Of a stretch of 64,000 nucleotides of DNA, positions 26,566 to 39,521 are shown one piece after another. Both the position numbers and the translations under genes were made by a program. The stretch's first letter is position 1. The number at the start of each line of letters is the position of its first letter. The notes beneath the pieces are model-generated. The model had not been told where the DNA came from. It worked only from the letters and a program-made list of their open reading frames with translations, and did no database searches. The stretch is from Octopus sinensis (Eukaryota): assembly GCF_006345805.1 (NCBI RefSeq), contig NC_043000.1, positions 12,400,001-12,464,000 on the forward strand. The letters run 5' to 3'.

Positions 26566-27535
26566 AGTGAAATATCTTGGTAATTTCTAAAAGGATAGGC
26601 AAGTTGTTGTATCCATAAATGTAACACAGAAAGCAGTAGTTTAACGTAAAAAGGAAAATGTGTCAACATACACAGTCAATACACACAGTTCTATATCAAC
26701 TGTATTTGGCAACAGATAGTCTTCTTTGTGACAGCCAATACAAACAGCCAATGAGGGAACCACAATGTGGTAGCTAGAAATAACAACCAAATATCCATCA
26801 AATCACAACCTAAAGAAGAAAACATTGGACTATATAATATCTGATATATAAAATGATGGATTGGTCACAGCTCAAGCATTTTTGACCATAAATCTGTTTG
26901 ATCAAGAGATGGTCCAGAACTAAACAACAAGAATCTAAAGTACAGACAGGCATTATTCCTATAAACAATTAACTTTTGTATCTGTGTTGTGCTTATATGT
27001 TCAACCAACTTGTTATGTATTTGTTGTATTTACAACAATTACCATAAGTTCACAACAGTAGATGAGAAAGGTTAAAACTTCAGACATCTCTTGTATCTGA
27101 ATATCATATTTTCCTGGGAGCTCACTATAAAATTGTCCTTGATATTGAATTGGTAGTCACCTCAAATAGTCCTGACCAAGTGCTACCATGCAAAATGCAT
27201 GCGATTTGATAACAACATAAACATAGCAATAAAATCACAGACTGGGCAGATAAATACCATGTGCAGATGCTGACCAGATACATTTACATATCAATGATAA
27301 GATACAGAAAAAAAATATAACATTATTCCAACTACAAAAGACACATCGCATTATTCAGTATATATTTGTGGCATCCAAATTCTCTTTGCAATTCTTCAGC
27401 TCCTAAATGGAGGTAATACTTCACATTTCTTGAGGATCAGCATGATTTAGTAGTATTGGTAATATGGGAGGAGATTGAAATTAATACACATGTCAAAGGG
27501 TCTAACAAATTCTTCAGTTTCTCTAACAAGATTAA

Positions 27536-27756
27536 CCCTTTCGTTATCAGCCCAGCTGAAACCGACTCTGGCTCTGAAGTACAAATGTCTTGTTTACATA
27601 ATTTTTGAATTAAAAACTTCCACCAAACCTTAGTCACAATTTATGTTCCTAACACTAACTGAATGATAACTAAGTTATTTTACTAAATTCTTTGCAATAT
27701 TTAAAGTAATTGAAAGAAACACAGAACATTTCAAAATAAATACAGTAACAAAAGGG
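27536..27756. mobile_element. piggyBac-type MITE (same family)
   Basis: TTAA TSDs, CCCTTT/AAAGGG termini. Confidence 0.8.
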
Positions 27757-28999
27757 TTAAGTCACCAAACACAAGCCCTTACTTTTTTCACTGTTGGTAG
27801 TGCAACCAGTTATGTCACGAGTTGTGGAAAGAACTTTTGTATGATAAACTTAAGGGATAAATAGCATATTTTTTATTAAAGATAAAACCATTCTCTGCTA
27901 TCATTTCAGATGAATGTCTGGCAAATAGTCATTCTTGAAAAGTTTGTTGAAGTTAATTTTGTTTCTCAGTAATGGAATTCTTTAAGTGAACATAAATGGT
28001 CCATGGATTTAAATAATCTCCACTGTTTTAATTGTTTAAGCCTTATCAATAATTAATTAATTAATCATGTCAGAATGTAATAATAAATTATAAAGAACAT
28101 TGTCTCAAACTGATCCACATCATATTTGAGTTTAGTAAAAGCATCAACATGAGGGATGGTTTTCACCTGGAATGTGAATGATCTTGAAATCATACAGTAA
28201 TAATATGGGCATCCACCAGGTAATCTGTTGAAAAACTCACTTGGAAATATCAAGACCCTTTGAAAAAAAAATCAATTACAAATTTCACTTAGAAACATGA
28301 AGATCATTTGAAAAATTTTAATTGTAAATGTTAATGAACAATATTCAATACCAAAGATTTCTTTAAAAGAAAATGCTTCAGTCTTTCTACACAACCTACC
28401 ACTATACAGGCTTTGTGTTGGTTATTGCTCCAGCATTATCAGTTGTATAACTAACACAGGCTATAGACTTTCCATTTCAAGACATTATTCCTACTTTTGC
28501 AAATTCAGAAGAATCAACAGTGAGAGTTGTTTCTTACTTGGCAGACAAATGTTGCCAAAACAGGGTATTGCACAAGAAGTTCTTTTGTTTTGTTAAAGAC
28601 CTGTTTCTAATGCATATGTCCCAAATAGAGATAGTCCTTTTTTGCTACAAGATAAGCCTCAACTATGTCTGCAAATTTTAGTATAAACTAGTAATAATAA
28701 TCAATCAACTCCAAACATTTTTCAATTCATTCTTTTGATTTAGTTATACTAATTCATTGAATCATAATTATTAGATTAAATCATGGTTCAATTCCAACCT
28801 TTGAAATATTCATTTATAAGAAATCTATGTAAGATACACAAATAATGCATCTATTTAGGTTAATCAATACAGTGGCTCCTTTCTGTCTTGCAATGACTGC
28901 ATTTTATTGATTCTTCAGTTTATTCTGGGCTACTACAAGAATGAGTCTGTCATTCTGATGTAAAATCATGCCAATAATTTCCTCCAATATCGACTCCAT

Positions 29000-29370
29000 A
29001 CAATGTTGGAAAAGAAAGCTGATGTTTTTGAAACCCAGGAGAAGCTGATATATATATATTAATTGCTGGAAAGGACACACTCTTTCATTTTGCAACCATA
29101 GTATATTACTGGTTCACAAGTCATTATCGTGTCTTATCTTGTGTTAGCAATGCAATATTTTCCCGTTTAAGTTTATCTCAATAGATTTTCTATAGAATTT
29201 AGAGCACTTACAGTGTCGGCTCCGAATTCTATAAACTTACTAGTGGAAGGTTATTTATTAAGGAAAGACAATTACATAATATATATTCCCACACCCTATT
29301 TCTTAGCCTTCATCTCAAACCAATTTGCCAGTACGCATTATTTAAATCATTTGAGAGGTAAAACTTTGCT
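29000..29370 (-). mobile_element. Highly decayed LTR/DIRS-type reverse transcriptase relic
   Basis: FYLSNDLNNAYWQI (29364-29321) resembles the DL..AYWQI RT motif, with weaker downstream similarity; many stops. Confidence 0.35.
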
Positions 29371-29492
29371 TCTTAATTATCAGTGAACATTGTTTCAAGA
29401 TGTGGATTAAAATGGGAAAAAATTTGCATCTTGTCATTTAAATGAATTTTGTAATCATCTCACTTTTTTAATTTACCAGCTTTCTTCAACAC

Positions 29493-30140
29493 CAGTGGTT
29501 CTCAACCATTTTTTTAACCTATGGACCACTTTGATTCCTATTTTACTTGGATAGACCTTTATAGCCTTTCAATGTTTAAAAAATCCTGTTGAATTTTGAT
29601 AATTAGATTTTAGTAGAATTGTATTTAAAAAATTGTTAAAATATTTTGTGTATTGTATAGGCATAGGAGTGGCTGTGTGGTAAGTAGCTTGCTTACCAAC
29701 CACATGGTTCCGGGTTCAGTCCCACTGCATGGCATCTTGGGCAAGTGTCTTCTACTATAGCCTCGGGCTAACCAAAGCCTTGTGAGTGGATTTGATAGAT
29801 GGAAACTGAAAGAAGCCCGTCGTATATATGTATATATATATATATAAGTGTGTGTGTATATGTTTATGTGTCTGTGTTTGTCCCCTTAGCATTGCTTGAC
29901 AGCCGATGCTGGTGTGTTTACACCCCCATAACTTAGCGGTTCGGCAAAAGAAACCAATAGAATAAGTACTAGGCTTACAAAGAGTAAGTCCTGGGGTCGA
30001 TGTGCTCGACTAAAGGTGGTGCTCTAGCATGGCGACAGTCAAATGACTGAAACAAGTAAAAGAGTAAAAGAGATAAATTTTAACAACAAAACTTTATATG
30101 GATCCCCAAGGGCCAAATGAACCCCAGTTGAGAACCACTA
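29493..30140. mobile_element. hAT (Charlie-like) MITE with a full SINE nested inside
   Basis: CAGTGGTTCTCAAC...GTTGAGAACCACTA termini; 8-bp TSD ttcaacac/ttctacac (7/8). Confidence 0.8.
29660..30072 (+). mobile_element. SINE family A, full length, nested in a hAT MITE
   Basis: Complete family consensus visible. Confidence 0.85.
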
Positions 30141-32869
30141 TTCTACACCAAAACAATTGGTGGTGAATTATTGATACCTTCATTTAGAACATGAAGACAT
30201 AATTCCCATTCCTAGAAGATTTTAAAGCTCATTTCCAACATCATGTTTTGTGTGTCCTGGGACTGGGGATGCTGAACATAATTTTAACTATTTACAGGAC
30301 AGGACCCAGAAAGCTGTGGCGATTCTCAATTGCTATAATTTTAAACCTGATCTCACTCAGTTACTTGTTGCTTAATCAACTTTTTTTGACAAAAATCTTT
30401 ACTAGTAGCATAAAATATTTCTGTATTAGAACCCAGCTGTACTACTGTTCCAAGATCAAATCTTCATTCTGACAACACCATTGCAACAAAGCTAAGCATG
30501 TCTGAGATGGACATTTTAGGTAAAATTCTTAAACAATTTAAGATTCTTTATTTTCATCTGAGTACAACCAATTTCATAAATATAAATCCATATTATAAAC
30601 TCTGATTCTGGGTCATTTTTGATTGTAAGAATTACAGCAACAAGAATATTAAATGTTAGCTGGAAATCATCACTTGATTCTCCTGGTTTTTGTTTTAGGA
30701 TCAGTTTTTAATCTGTTTAAAACTATAATTCTTTGATTAAGTTTTGTAATTTTACATTTTCTATTGCATGTTTTAAATTGAATAATCTAAATTATCATAT
30801 GGTTGCATTTAAACCAATTAATGCAAGGGATTTTGAATTAGTTGGGGCTTAGTATTATCTTTAGGTAGTTGTAAGCTACAGATAATTAACCATATATATC
30901 ACCTTTGGCATAATCAAGACCCAGATGTTTGTTTAGATTCCATCTTATTGTTGTTAGCTGATAATTAGAGCTGTCATGTTTCCGCTAATTATGCTAATTA
31001 CGTAAGTCTACAGCAGTAAATTCAAAACATCAAACAGTTGTCATAATTCACTAACATTATCCTCCTTGTTGTACAATATTAAAACTGTTTTTGATATCAA
31101 ACTACTAGTCACCTTAAACAGTTTTGGCCATGTGCAAGCATGCAAAACACATACAACACCACAACAAAAATTAGCAGAACAATGATATAACAGACCTGTA
31201 GATATACATAGTGTGCAGATACCAAATGGATATGTTTACGTATGAATAACTGAATGCTAAAAATGTAACAATATAGACTGCTCAAGCAGGGTTAAATGGG
31301 AGCTGCATATAATCCTGTTTTGTTATAGGATTAACTATTACCATAAATGGTATGAAACAAAACCCCCAAAACACCAAAACTTAGGCAACACCAATAGTTC
31401 CTTCCACTGGCTTAAAATGTAAACCTCGATGTATGGGTCACTGCCACAGATGGCTGCGATACTGTGTAATTGTTGAGTGTTTCATTGGCAAGCAATGCTA
31501 AACCTAAAGAGATTTTATAATAGAAACCTGAAGAGACAGAACTGAGCTTCAGAAAGCTCAAATGTGCTACGAATGCCTACAGTTTTTTTTTAATCTGTAC
31601 CAACTAAGATGACTGCCATTCAACATGAAATGCATATTGTGGACAGTTCCACGTCTTCAGGAGTCCAAGGTGTCAAATAATAACAGTAATAATGACTCAC
31701 CATTGTCGTCATGTATCATATGCCTTTTGCAGTGCATATCTGACACTACATTGAAAGTTTAAATGATTAAGTGCAAGTCCTCTCATCAGATGAAGCCATA
31801 GCAATACTTTTGTTGAGACTTTCACATAGTGTTTTCTTGGCAGAGATGTTGGGCTAGTTTGCCATTGCCTTCCCCAACTGAATAGCCATTGGCACACTAG
31901 GAGCTCATCTGCCCTTCAGCAGGTTTTGTTTTTAGTCCAGTTGGTTATCCATAAGAGTGGCAGGCTATTCAACTGGTGGAGTTGGTTTAGTTACTGACCA
32001 CTCAACCATGGAAGAGGAAATACAGGTTTACATGGTACCAGTTGCAGGTCTCATCAGCTTGTGATGAGATCCCTGGCCTGACATAAACCTTGTCTACTTC
32101 TACATAAAAAACCTCTTTACACAGTCAACTAATATGCTAAAAATAGCAGCTGTTTCTTCCTCGAATCACACTCTAATATATAAAAAAATGGAACGACACA
32201 TTGGAGAATGTAGTCATAAATATACAAAAATTCTATCAATGACAGTACAATTAATTAAAATGATAGTCATGGATGGAATGCTAACCTGAGGCTAAACCAC
32301 AACTAACAACTATGACAACTTCTACATACAACCCTCAAGTAGAGGCAGGCATCCAATATTCCCATGTTGGATATCTAGAAAATTTTCCCAGATATATCAC
32401 ATAAGTGGAGGTGCGTGGCTTAGTGGTTAGGGTGTCAGCATTATGATCGTAAGATTGTGGTTTCCATTCCTGGACCGGGCGACGCGTTGTGTTCTTGAGC
32501 AAAACACTTGATTTCACGTTGCTCCAGTCCACTCAGCTGGCAAAAATGAGTAATGCTGTGATGGACTGGCGTCCCGTCCAGCTGGGGAACACATACGCCA
32601 TATAAACCGGGAAACCGGGCCCATGAGCCTGGCTAGGCTTTAAAAAGGGTGCAGTTATTTATTTTATATCACATAAAAGATATCTAAGAAAATCCTCAGA
32701 TCTCAATGATGTCACTGACAGTTCCTTATAGAGTTTCTGACCAATCACAAAGACCAGCATGTTGTAGGTTTTAGCCAATGAGGATGAAGGAGAAACACAC
32801 AGGACTGTATACAGAAGTCAATACATCCCTGGCAACTATTGGTGGTGGGTAGCACTTAGATAATGGTGT

Positions 32870-33220
32870 GGAAAGTAATGGTAATGATGTAACGGTGGTG
32901 CTGTTGCTGATGCTGGTGGTGCTTCTGACTGTGAACACAACAGTGCAATTGATTACGATGATGATGATGATAATGATAGTGGTGTTGAAAATGGTAACAA
33001 TAATGATGATGATAGAAGAATTAATAATGATGATAATGGTGATGATGATGATGATGGTAACGCTAGTGATAGTGGTAGCCATGCAGGTGTCAATGGCAGT
33101 ACTACTAATTAAGGTGATAGTAGAAATATTGGTTACAACGTCGACAGCGATGGCGATGATGATGATGATGACAATGATGACGACGATGATGATGATAATG
33201 GTGATGACGATGATGATGAC
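32870..33220. repeat. Degenerate (GAT)n tract; (UCA)n in the ASAP pre-mRNA directly downstream of microexon 1
   Basis: Directly visible. Confidence 0.9.
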
Positions 33221-33228
33221 AAACTTAC

Positions 33229-33249
33229 CTTTCACATGAATACCGTTCT
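33229..33249 (-). CDS. ASAP1: ASAP microexon 1 (21 nt, phase 2 to 2): (R)ERYSCE
   Basis: ttttcttgccctcag|AGAACGGTATTCATGTGAAAG|gtaagt; frame-preserving, no stop in the gene frame. Confidence 0.75.
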
Positions 33250-34619
33250 CTGAGGGCAAGAAAACAAAATCAAGAAAAAAAAAACCAAACAAATGAAGGA
33301 AAAAAAAAACCCCAAAATATTCCTAGAATGATAACGAAGCTGAGTTTGCCTTTTTCTTTTTTTTTGAGATGTGGGTGGGGAATATCTCTGATGTTTGAAC
33401 TGGCAAATCACTATGACAACCATGACAACGACAACAACAGGAACAAAAACAAAATAAATAAATAAAAAAAAAGACTGAACCATACAAAACAGCAAACCGC
33501 TACCTAAACATGAACCAGCAAGAAAGGGTCAGTCAAATCTTCAACACGCTTCCTAGTGATCTTTAAAATAGGGGCCACATAAGGTTAGCAGGAGAGAATC
33601 GATATATTCAGTTTGTTCCAATCTGTGTAGCAACCAGATATTCTTTCAGCAAACTCCTTGGTGACATTAATATAAAGATTATCAGTTGTCTTTTTGTCTT
33701 TTACTTGTTTCAGTCATTGGACTTGAAGGGTTTAGTTGAACATTTCAACCCCCGTACATGTTTTAAAGTTTCATACTTATTCTATTGGTCTCTTTTGTTG
33801 AGTTGCAAAGTTATGGGGATGCAAACAAACCAACACACACACACACACATACATGATGGGTTTCCACAGTTTCCATCTATCAAATTTAATTAGAAGGAAT
33901 TGATTGACAAGAGGCAATAGCAGAAGACATTTGCTTAAAGTGCCACACAGCAGTATTGAACCTGAAACCACATGGTTGCGCATGCACACACACACACACA
34001 CACACATCATCACCATAACATATATGACATACACATATATTGCACTTATACACACACACAAATATACATAAATATAACCCCACCACCCATGTACATACAC
34101 ATTCCAACACACACACACCACACACACACACACACATTTGTGTGATAATGTCCCAGAAAAAGACACTTTAAAAAACCCCCTTTTTGGGGCACAAACTCAC
34201 CCAAGACGAATCCTGGTTCTGTGATACAAACTCCCCAGTTTAAAGTGATGTAAATTATAACTTTACTTCAAAATTTTATGTCAATTTATGTTACAAACAA
34301 GAGCTTAATAATGACTAAGTTATTTTAATAAAGTCCTCATTATTTCAAAAATTAATTGGACATTGGCATTTTATTTCCCTGCTCTTTTGTCTTGCAAGTT
34401 ACACTGCAACTTCACTAGAGCTTATGCCATGTAAAAAGCACCTAGTACACTCTGTAAAGTGGTTGGCATTAGAAAGGGCATCCAGCTGTAGAAACCATAC
34501 CAGAGCTGACATTGGAGCTTGATGTGGGCTTACAGCTTGTGGGATGTGAAACCATCCCACTTACGCCAGAATGAAAAGTGGACTTTGAATTATGATGATG
34601 ATGATGATGATGATGATGA

Positions 34620-34900
34620 TAACGACAACAAGGAATATGGTTACAAAAGGATTGAGGACATGTTCCAAGACCAACGTTTCTGCACAAATGGCATCTCATC
34701 AGGTTGGGCCAGACTGAAAGATTCTACTCCCAACCAACCAGACCATGTGAAGTTAGCCCTGCAGTAGAACCAGAAATCAAAAAAACGATGCTTGAAGAGA
34801 AACTGGAACCAGATGGTAATTAAGAACCTCTAAGCACTGAGGATGATTGCTGACCATGTGTGCTGGAGAACTTTGCCAATGACCTCATGTGTGAAACACT
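34620..34900 (+). mobile_element. Decayed RTE-like LINE ORF C-terminal remnant
   Basis: With frameshifts reads ...KRCLKRNWNQMVIKNL*ALRMIADHVCWRTL, resembling the RW...W...DL..L....DR..WR end of RTE ORFs. Confidence 0.4.
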
Positions 34901-35122
34901 TTCATGTGTTGGAAGATAGATTCTAAACCAAATAGTGACAAGTTGCCTTCACCTCCAACAATAGACAAAAATGAAAGGATACTATATGTTAAGAAGTGTA
35001 CACACTTGGAAGAAAGTCTGGTCAGAAAAGAGGATACACAGACAGAGCAATAAACATACATATATGCACACAGACACACATTCATCAGACACAAACAATC
35101 ACTTACAAAGGAGCCTCTATAT

Positions 35123-35303
35123 CAGTGCTCCACAACTGGTATGCCATGGCACACTGGCATGCAACATGACGATGCTAGGTGTGCCACAGGGTAACCTGAA
35201 TATAACTTTTTTCCCTATACTTTTAGCTACCTTTTTAGTTCAGGTGTGTCGCCAAATTTTGAAATATAAATGTACCAAAAGTGAAAAAAGGTTGCAGAGT
35301 ATT
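35123..35303. mobile_element. Decayed hAT (Charlie-like) MITE
   Basis: CAGTGCTCCACAAC...GTTGCAGAGTATTG degenerate termini. Confidence 0.4.
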
Positions 35304-35709
35304 GCTCTGTATCTCTATTCAACCTGTTTAGAAATAGAAGTCAACTCTCCCTCAAATTACAGTCCTGTAAACATTATGTTTTTAAAAAAAACAGACAGGA
35401 TGGTCATAACTGGAATGTCTTTGACTATTGATCTGCTTGATCAGGATTAACTGGAGAGTTGAACAAAGACTACAACAACAGGCTGTCTACAAATAAATGG
35501 GGAAACTAAATAGACAAGATAAGTATAAGAATGTTAAAGAATGACCTTTGGGTCAGGTAACAATGATCCCAACTAGTAGGTCTAATCGGCACTCTGTTGG
35601 TTTTGATGACAAGGATTCCGGCTGATTCGATTAACAGAACAGCCTGCTCATAAAATTAATATGCAAGTGGATGAGTATAGTACAGACATGTGTACCCTTA
35701 ATGTAATTC

Positions 35710-36126
35710 TCATTTCTTTATTGCTCACAAGGGGCTAAACATAGAGGGGACAAACAAGGACAGACAAAGGGATTAAGTCGATTATATCGACCCCAGTGTG
35801 TAACTGATACTTAATTTATTGACCCCAAATGGATGAAAGGCAAAGTCAACCTCGACGGAATTTGAGCTCAGAATGTAACGGCAGACGAAATACCTATTAC
35901 TTTACTACCCATAAGGGGCTAAACACAGAGAGGACAAACAAGGACAGACAAACAGATTAAGTCGATTATATCGACCCCAGTGGGTAAGTGGTACTTCTTT
36001 AATCGATCCCGAAAGGATGAAAGGCAATGTCGATCTCACCGGAATTTGAACTCAGAACGTAATGGCAGACAAAATACCGCTAAGCATTTCACCCAGCGTG
36101 CTAACGTTTCTGCCAGCTCACCGCCT
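35710..36126 (+). mobile_element. Retroposon family B, tandem partial copies
   Basis: ggggctaaacatagaggggacaaacaagg...ggatgaaaggcaaagtcgacctc...ctgccagctc block. Also near 5600-6060, 8890-9090, 11650-11880, 19030-19170 and 40040-40780. Confidence 0.75.
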
Positions 36127-36389
36127 TCAGCACAGACATGTGTACCCTTAATGTAATTCTCAGGGAGATTCAGTGTGACACAGAATGTGACAATACTGGC
36201 CCTTTGAATAACAGACATAACTCATTTTTGCCAGCTGAGTGGACTGGATCAACATGAAATAGAAAGTTTTGCTCAAGGTCACAACATGTCGACAGGAATC
36301 AAAATCGGGGCTGCAAGACAAATATGCTAACCACTAAGCCACACATCTTCACAACTACTAGGTGGACTTATCCTAGCATACAGGAATGA

Positions 36390-36610
36390 AAAGCCTAGCG
36401 AAAATGCCGGCGAAAAGTCTAGCAGTATTTTGTCTGCCGTTATGTTCTGAGTTCAAATTCCGCCAAGGTCGACTTTGCCTTTCATCCTATTGGGGTTGAT
36501 AAATGAAGTACCAGTTACACACTGGAGTCGATGTAATTGACTTAATCCCTTTGTCTGTCCTTGTTTGTCCCCTCTATGATAAGGTCCTTGTGGGCAATAA
36601 AGAAATAAGT
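36390..36610 (-). mobile_element. Retroposon family B, minus orientation
   Basis: Reverse complement of family B; another minus copy at 51780-52010. Confidence 0.75.
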
Positions 36611-36639
36611 GACAGAGGTGGAAGATGTGTCAAAGACAT

Positions 36640-36960
36640 TGAAAATGATGACAGCAGTGGTCACTTGTAAAACTCAAATGTCATTGGTGAGCATTGAATA
36701 CAGATAGGGAAATTCAGGATTCGATGGTATGGTTCTTATAGTAAAACTGTTCATTGACATCAACCAATGGAATGAAAAATTAACTGGGAAAGAATCAAAA
36801 GACATTATGTGCGGGAGAGATGACTGTGCTGGTTTCGAGGACTAATATGACTGAATGATGCATGCTGGGTAAAACAGCTTTCAGAGCTGAGAGTGGAAAG
36901 ACTGGTGTTGACCAGAGAAGAATTTGAGTTTTAGATCGGAGAAGGTTGGGCCTCACAGAT
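36640..36960 (+). mobile_element. Decayed LINE remnant
   Basis: ttc agg att cga tgg tat ggt = FRIRWYG, resembling the conserved RLRWYGH motif. Confidence 0.35.
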
Positions 36961-37220
36961 AATATAACATGCATGACAAATAACACATACAACCCTTTCG
37001 CACATGGAGTGAAAGATAATGATGATATTGGTAATAATGTTGAATATATATTTGAGTTCACACAAACACACACACAAAGTAAAAAATACATGCAAACAGT
37101 TTCTAGTTGTTTGATCAGAAATGGTATGCACCTTTCACAACACAGTGGTGAATAAGAAACCATGAAGCATTTTGGCTAAACAAGTACCAGAATCTTGTTC
37201 TCTGCCTTAACAGTACGATG

Positions 37221-37256
<36 letters not shown>

Positions 37257-37486
37257 AGAGAGAAAGAAAAAGAGAGGGAGAGGTTTCTGACACAAACTTA
37301 ACCTTTAGCACGCTGCAGATGCATCATGTCACAATATGAGTCTTCTCCCCTCTGAATGCAACACAATGTGCCTGTAGCTACAGGGAAGAAAACTCACTAT
37401 GATGCACCAAGCATATATATTCAGCAAAAGAAAAAAAAGATAGAACAAAATGAAAGAAACAAGCAGGCTATCTATATCTATATCTG

Positions 37487-37524
<38 letters not shown>

Positions 37525-39402
37525 TATATGAGAGAAACAGAGGGGGGGAGATATGGTACAGTTGACATTGGTCTTTCACAACTGTTAAAAGTCACTTGAG
37601 ATCAGTGATAGGCTGTGTAACAAAAACAACCACAAATTTAACCAATAATAGACAGACATTACAAGTTCTTCAGTTGAAATACAAAACATAAATTGAAGCT
37701 GAAATGTGTTTCCCCCCCCCCCTTTTTACTACCAGAATTGTTGAAACAAAAACAAAAAAGAAAAATGTGTTGATGAGTTTAAAGAACTAAAAATGGTTAT
37801 ATCTCCTCATGGAACACTGTCCCTCACTTGGTGAAGAAGAATTTCAAAAACTAACCATCTGCAAAATATTGGAAGTATCTTTAAAGAAAAAAAAAGCATG
37901 AGTATAAAAAAAAAAGAGTCATGAAAATAAATGAAGGTGGCAGAAAAATATTTTGGAGAAGAATATGAGGAATGATGACACCAAGCAAATGGCTAACAGA
38001 CAAATAAAATGTGTTACAGTGCAGAGACAGGGAGACATTATGTTGTGCAAAGATAAAACGGTGGATATTCTGAGATATAAGATTATAAATAAACATGAAG
38101 GATATTCTTTTAAAACAGCTCCATAATATATGGGGTATGGCATATAGTTTAACATTAATGTGTGTTGAAGATTTCTGTTTCATTAAACTAAAACGTGTTG
38201 TCTATTCTACTGGATACGACATGTAATGTTATGGAGATAAAATACACACGTGAGATAATACATTCTACATTTAAACATGTTAAAATAATATGCTATAGAA
38301 TGTGGGATACAACACAGCATGTGATATCTTCTATTATACAGCTCTACAACATGTGAGATATTCTGTTACACAACACTACATTACATGGAGTGTTCTACTC
38401 AGACACCGTTTACAATATATATATATATATAGAACATTCCAGGAAAACTACATGGGTTATTGTTATGCAATATCCTACATAGTATATGTATTGTTGTACA
38501 ACATTAAACATGTAGGACAATCTTTATTACAGTACTTACAATATAGGGGATATATATTGTTATTCAAAACTACAGCATGTGCATGTAGGCCATTATTTTA
38601 TATACAACACAATAAGATGAAATACTGTTTCACAGGGTGAAAATATGTATGATTTGATACTTTGGAAGAAAGGAGTATAAGAGAGAGGGATATCAGAGGA
38701 AGCAGTGTTATACATAATGATAACTCACTCATAATATTTGAACTTATGACCAGCAGCTTAACTATATATATATATTATATATTATACATATATATTATAT
38801 ATTTGGATGTATACATGGGAGAAATTACTCAATGCATGTAGTAGAGTTTATCTCTTCATTCACAGCTGATGAATCAGAAACATGAATTCTTTATCAGTTT
38901 ATTCATCATCATGTCACCTAAATGATCAAATGCAGAATGAAAGAAACTTGGGGTTGTGACTGAGTGAATCATTAATTTGAATGAAAAAGGGGTTTAAATG
39001 ATCCTGACAGTAGCACTCCAGTGTGTATTTGATTAACAGGGTACTCAGATCAATTTTACCTATTAACTATTTAAAATGCCTGATGAAACGGTCTGGTTAC
39101 ATGATCATGTAATCAAGTACAATAATGAGCAAATAACCATGCTATGGAAATGTACTGTGTGTAATTTGAACAACATCTTTATTTATGTTTTTTTATTATA
39201 TATATATATATATATATTTAAAACCAAGTTACTGCTGTACATAGTATTTATCCAGTAAAGCTGGGGCTGGAACTTTTCGCTATAATGCAGTGGCATGCTG
39301 TTTAGAGATTTGTACAGGTTTCAAAGTCAACTAATTATATCAGGTAATTTCATTTCAGAGATCAAAAAGAATCATTTTGCTGCTTGAAACAGAAAAGAAG
39401 AC

Positions 39403-39434
<32 letters not shown>

Positions 39435-39481
39435 GAGGAGGAGGAAAAAGGAGGAAGACACAAAAGAAAGGAAATTCTTAC

Positions 39482-39521
39482 CTCTCCGATTCTGCAGGCT
39501 TTTGTAATACCACCTTGGAAC
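39482..39521 (-). CDS. ASAP1: ASAP exon (40 nt, phase 1 to 2): GSKVVLQKPAESE
   Basis: Acceptor ttcttgtccctgacag| and donor GAGAG|gtaaga. Needed to convert phase 1 to the phase 2 of the downstream exons. KVVLQK resembles ASAP1 KVALRK. Confidence 0.8.

Noticed and set aside
33229-33249. Phase-1 reading of the microexons (ENGIHVK / DKDIHTG)
   Set aside because: The 40-nt and 62-nt flanking exons force phase 2, and phase 2 gives the more similar peptides (ERYSCE / QRYSYG).
32771-33292. 173-aa and 123-aa hydrophobic ORFs (poly-I, poly-M)
   Set aside because: Translations of the (GAT)n tract. Only 21 nt is exonic, and in a different frame.
38860-38905. CTGATGA-atca-GAAA
   Set aside because: No stem II, and stem III and the cleavage triplet do not pair.
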